Assembly (NCBI GenBank): GCA_038064735.1
Contig: JBBTSI010000010.1
Span: 1-63,131, forward strand
Length of the DNA: 63,131 bases
Origin: Patescibacteria group bacterium
Lineage (GTDB): Bacteria; Patescibacteriota; Minisyncoccia; Phycocordibacterales; WO2-35-19
Direction of reading: 5' to 3'
Shown: positions 63,098 through 63,131 of the stretch, piece by piece
Numbering within the stretch: position 1 is the stretch's first letter
Layout of the letters: each line of letters opens with the position of its first letter
Notes under the pieces: model-generated
Told to the model about the DNA's origin: nothing
Seen by the model: the letters and a program-made list of their open reading frames with translations, nothing else
Database searches by the model: none
Program-made: the position numbers and the translations under genes

Positions 63098-63131
63098 ATA
63101 TTAAGTATAGTCATTTTAACGCTTTTGTCAA

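Overview
AT-rich (roughly one-third GC by eye), gene-dense bacterial window using the standard code (UGA is a stop; an RF2 gene is present). By inference from gene content only, it looks like a Patescibacteria/CPR-type genome: Lys-rich N-terminal extension on GroES, RNase J with a long low-complexity N-terminus, Gmad2-like and cupin genes, a Gram-positive-style type IV pilus locus, and few Shine-Dalgarno sites.

Contents:
- Housekeeping genes: groES-groEL, secG, rnj, rarA, pyrG, ftsEX, prfB, gatCA, ligA.
- A partial ribosomal-protein operon, rpsS through rplE.
- A long minus-strand type IV pilus locus at 32.4-46.5 kb: pilM, N, O, B, T, C, D, three major-pilin paralogues and four minor pilins.
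- Seven tRNA genes. One, a tRNA(CAU), is interrupted in its anticodon loop by an Azoarcus-like group I intron and sits beside a free-standing LAGLIDADG-like gene.
- Several accessory insertions.

Most interesting observations:
1. A MazG-like / DUF2075(Schlafen-type helicase)::LexA-UmuD S24 peptidase fusion / unknown 188-aa operon, next to a class II Fic gene (58.7-63.1 kb). This is a candidate undescribed defence or DNA-damage-triggered system.
2. A family of 70-114 bp inverted-repeat MITE-like elements (termini CCCGTTAGAAAT / ATTTCTAACGGG). In six of seven copies the element sits exactly on a start codon and is flanked by a co-varying 5-bp duplication ATGRR. This creates a conserved M-N-P-V-R-N upstream mini-ORF.
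3. A second family of GC-rich hairpin / G-tract elements. One copy pair brackets a small ORF-plus-terminator cassette inserted between pilM and pilN.
4. An AbiEi/AbiEii pair inside the pilus locus.
5. An unannotated 49-aa metallothionein-like ORF.
6. A NOX-like ferric reductase paired with a secreted tandem cytochrome-b5 protein.

All calls rest on manual reading and motif recognition. No searches were run.
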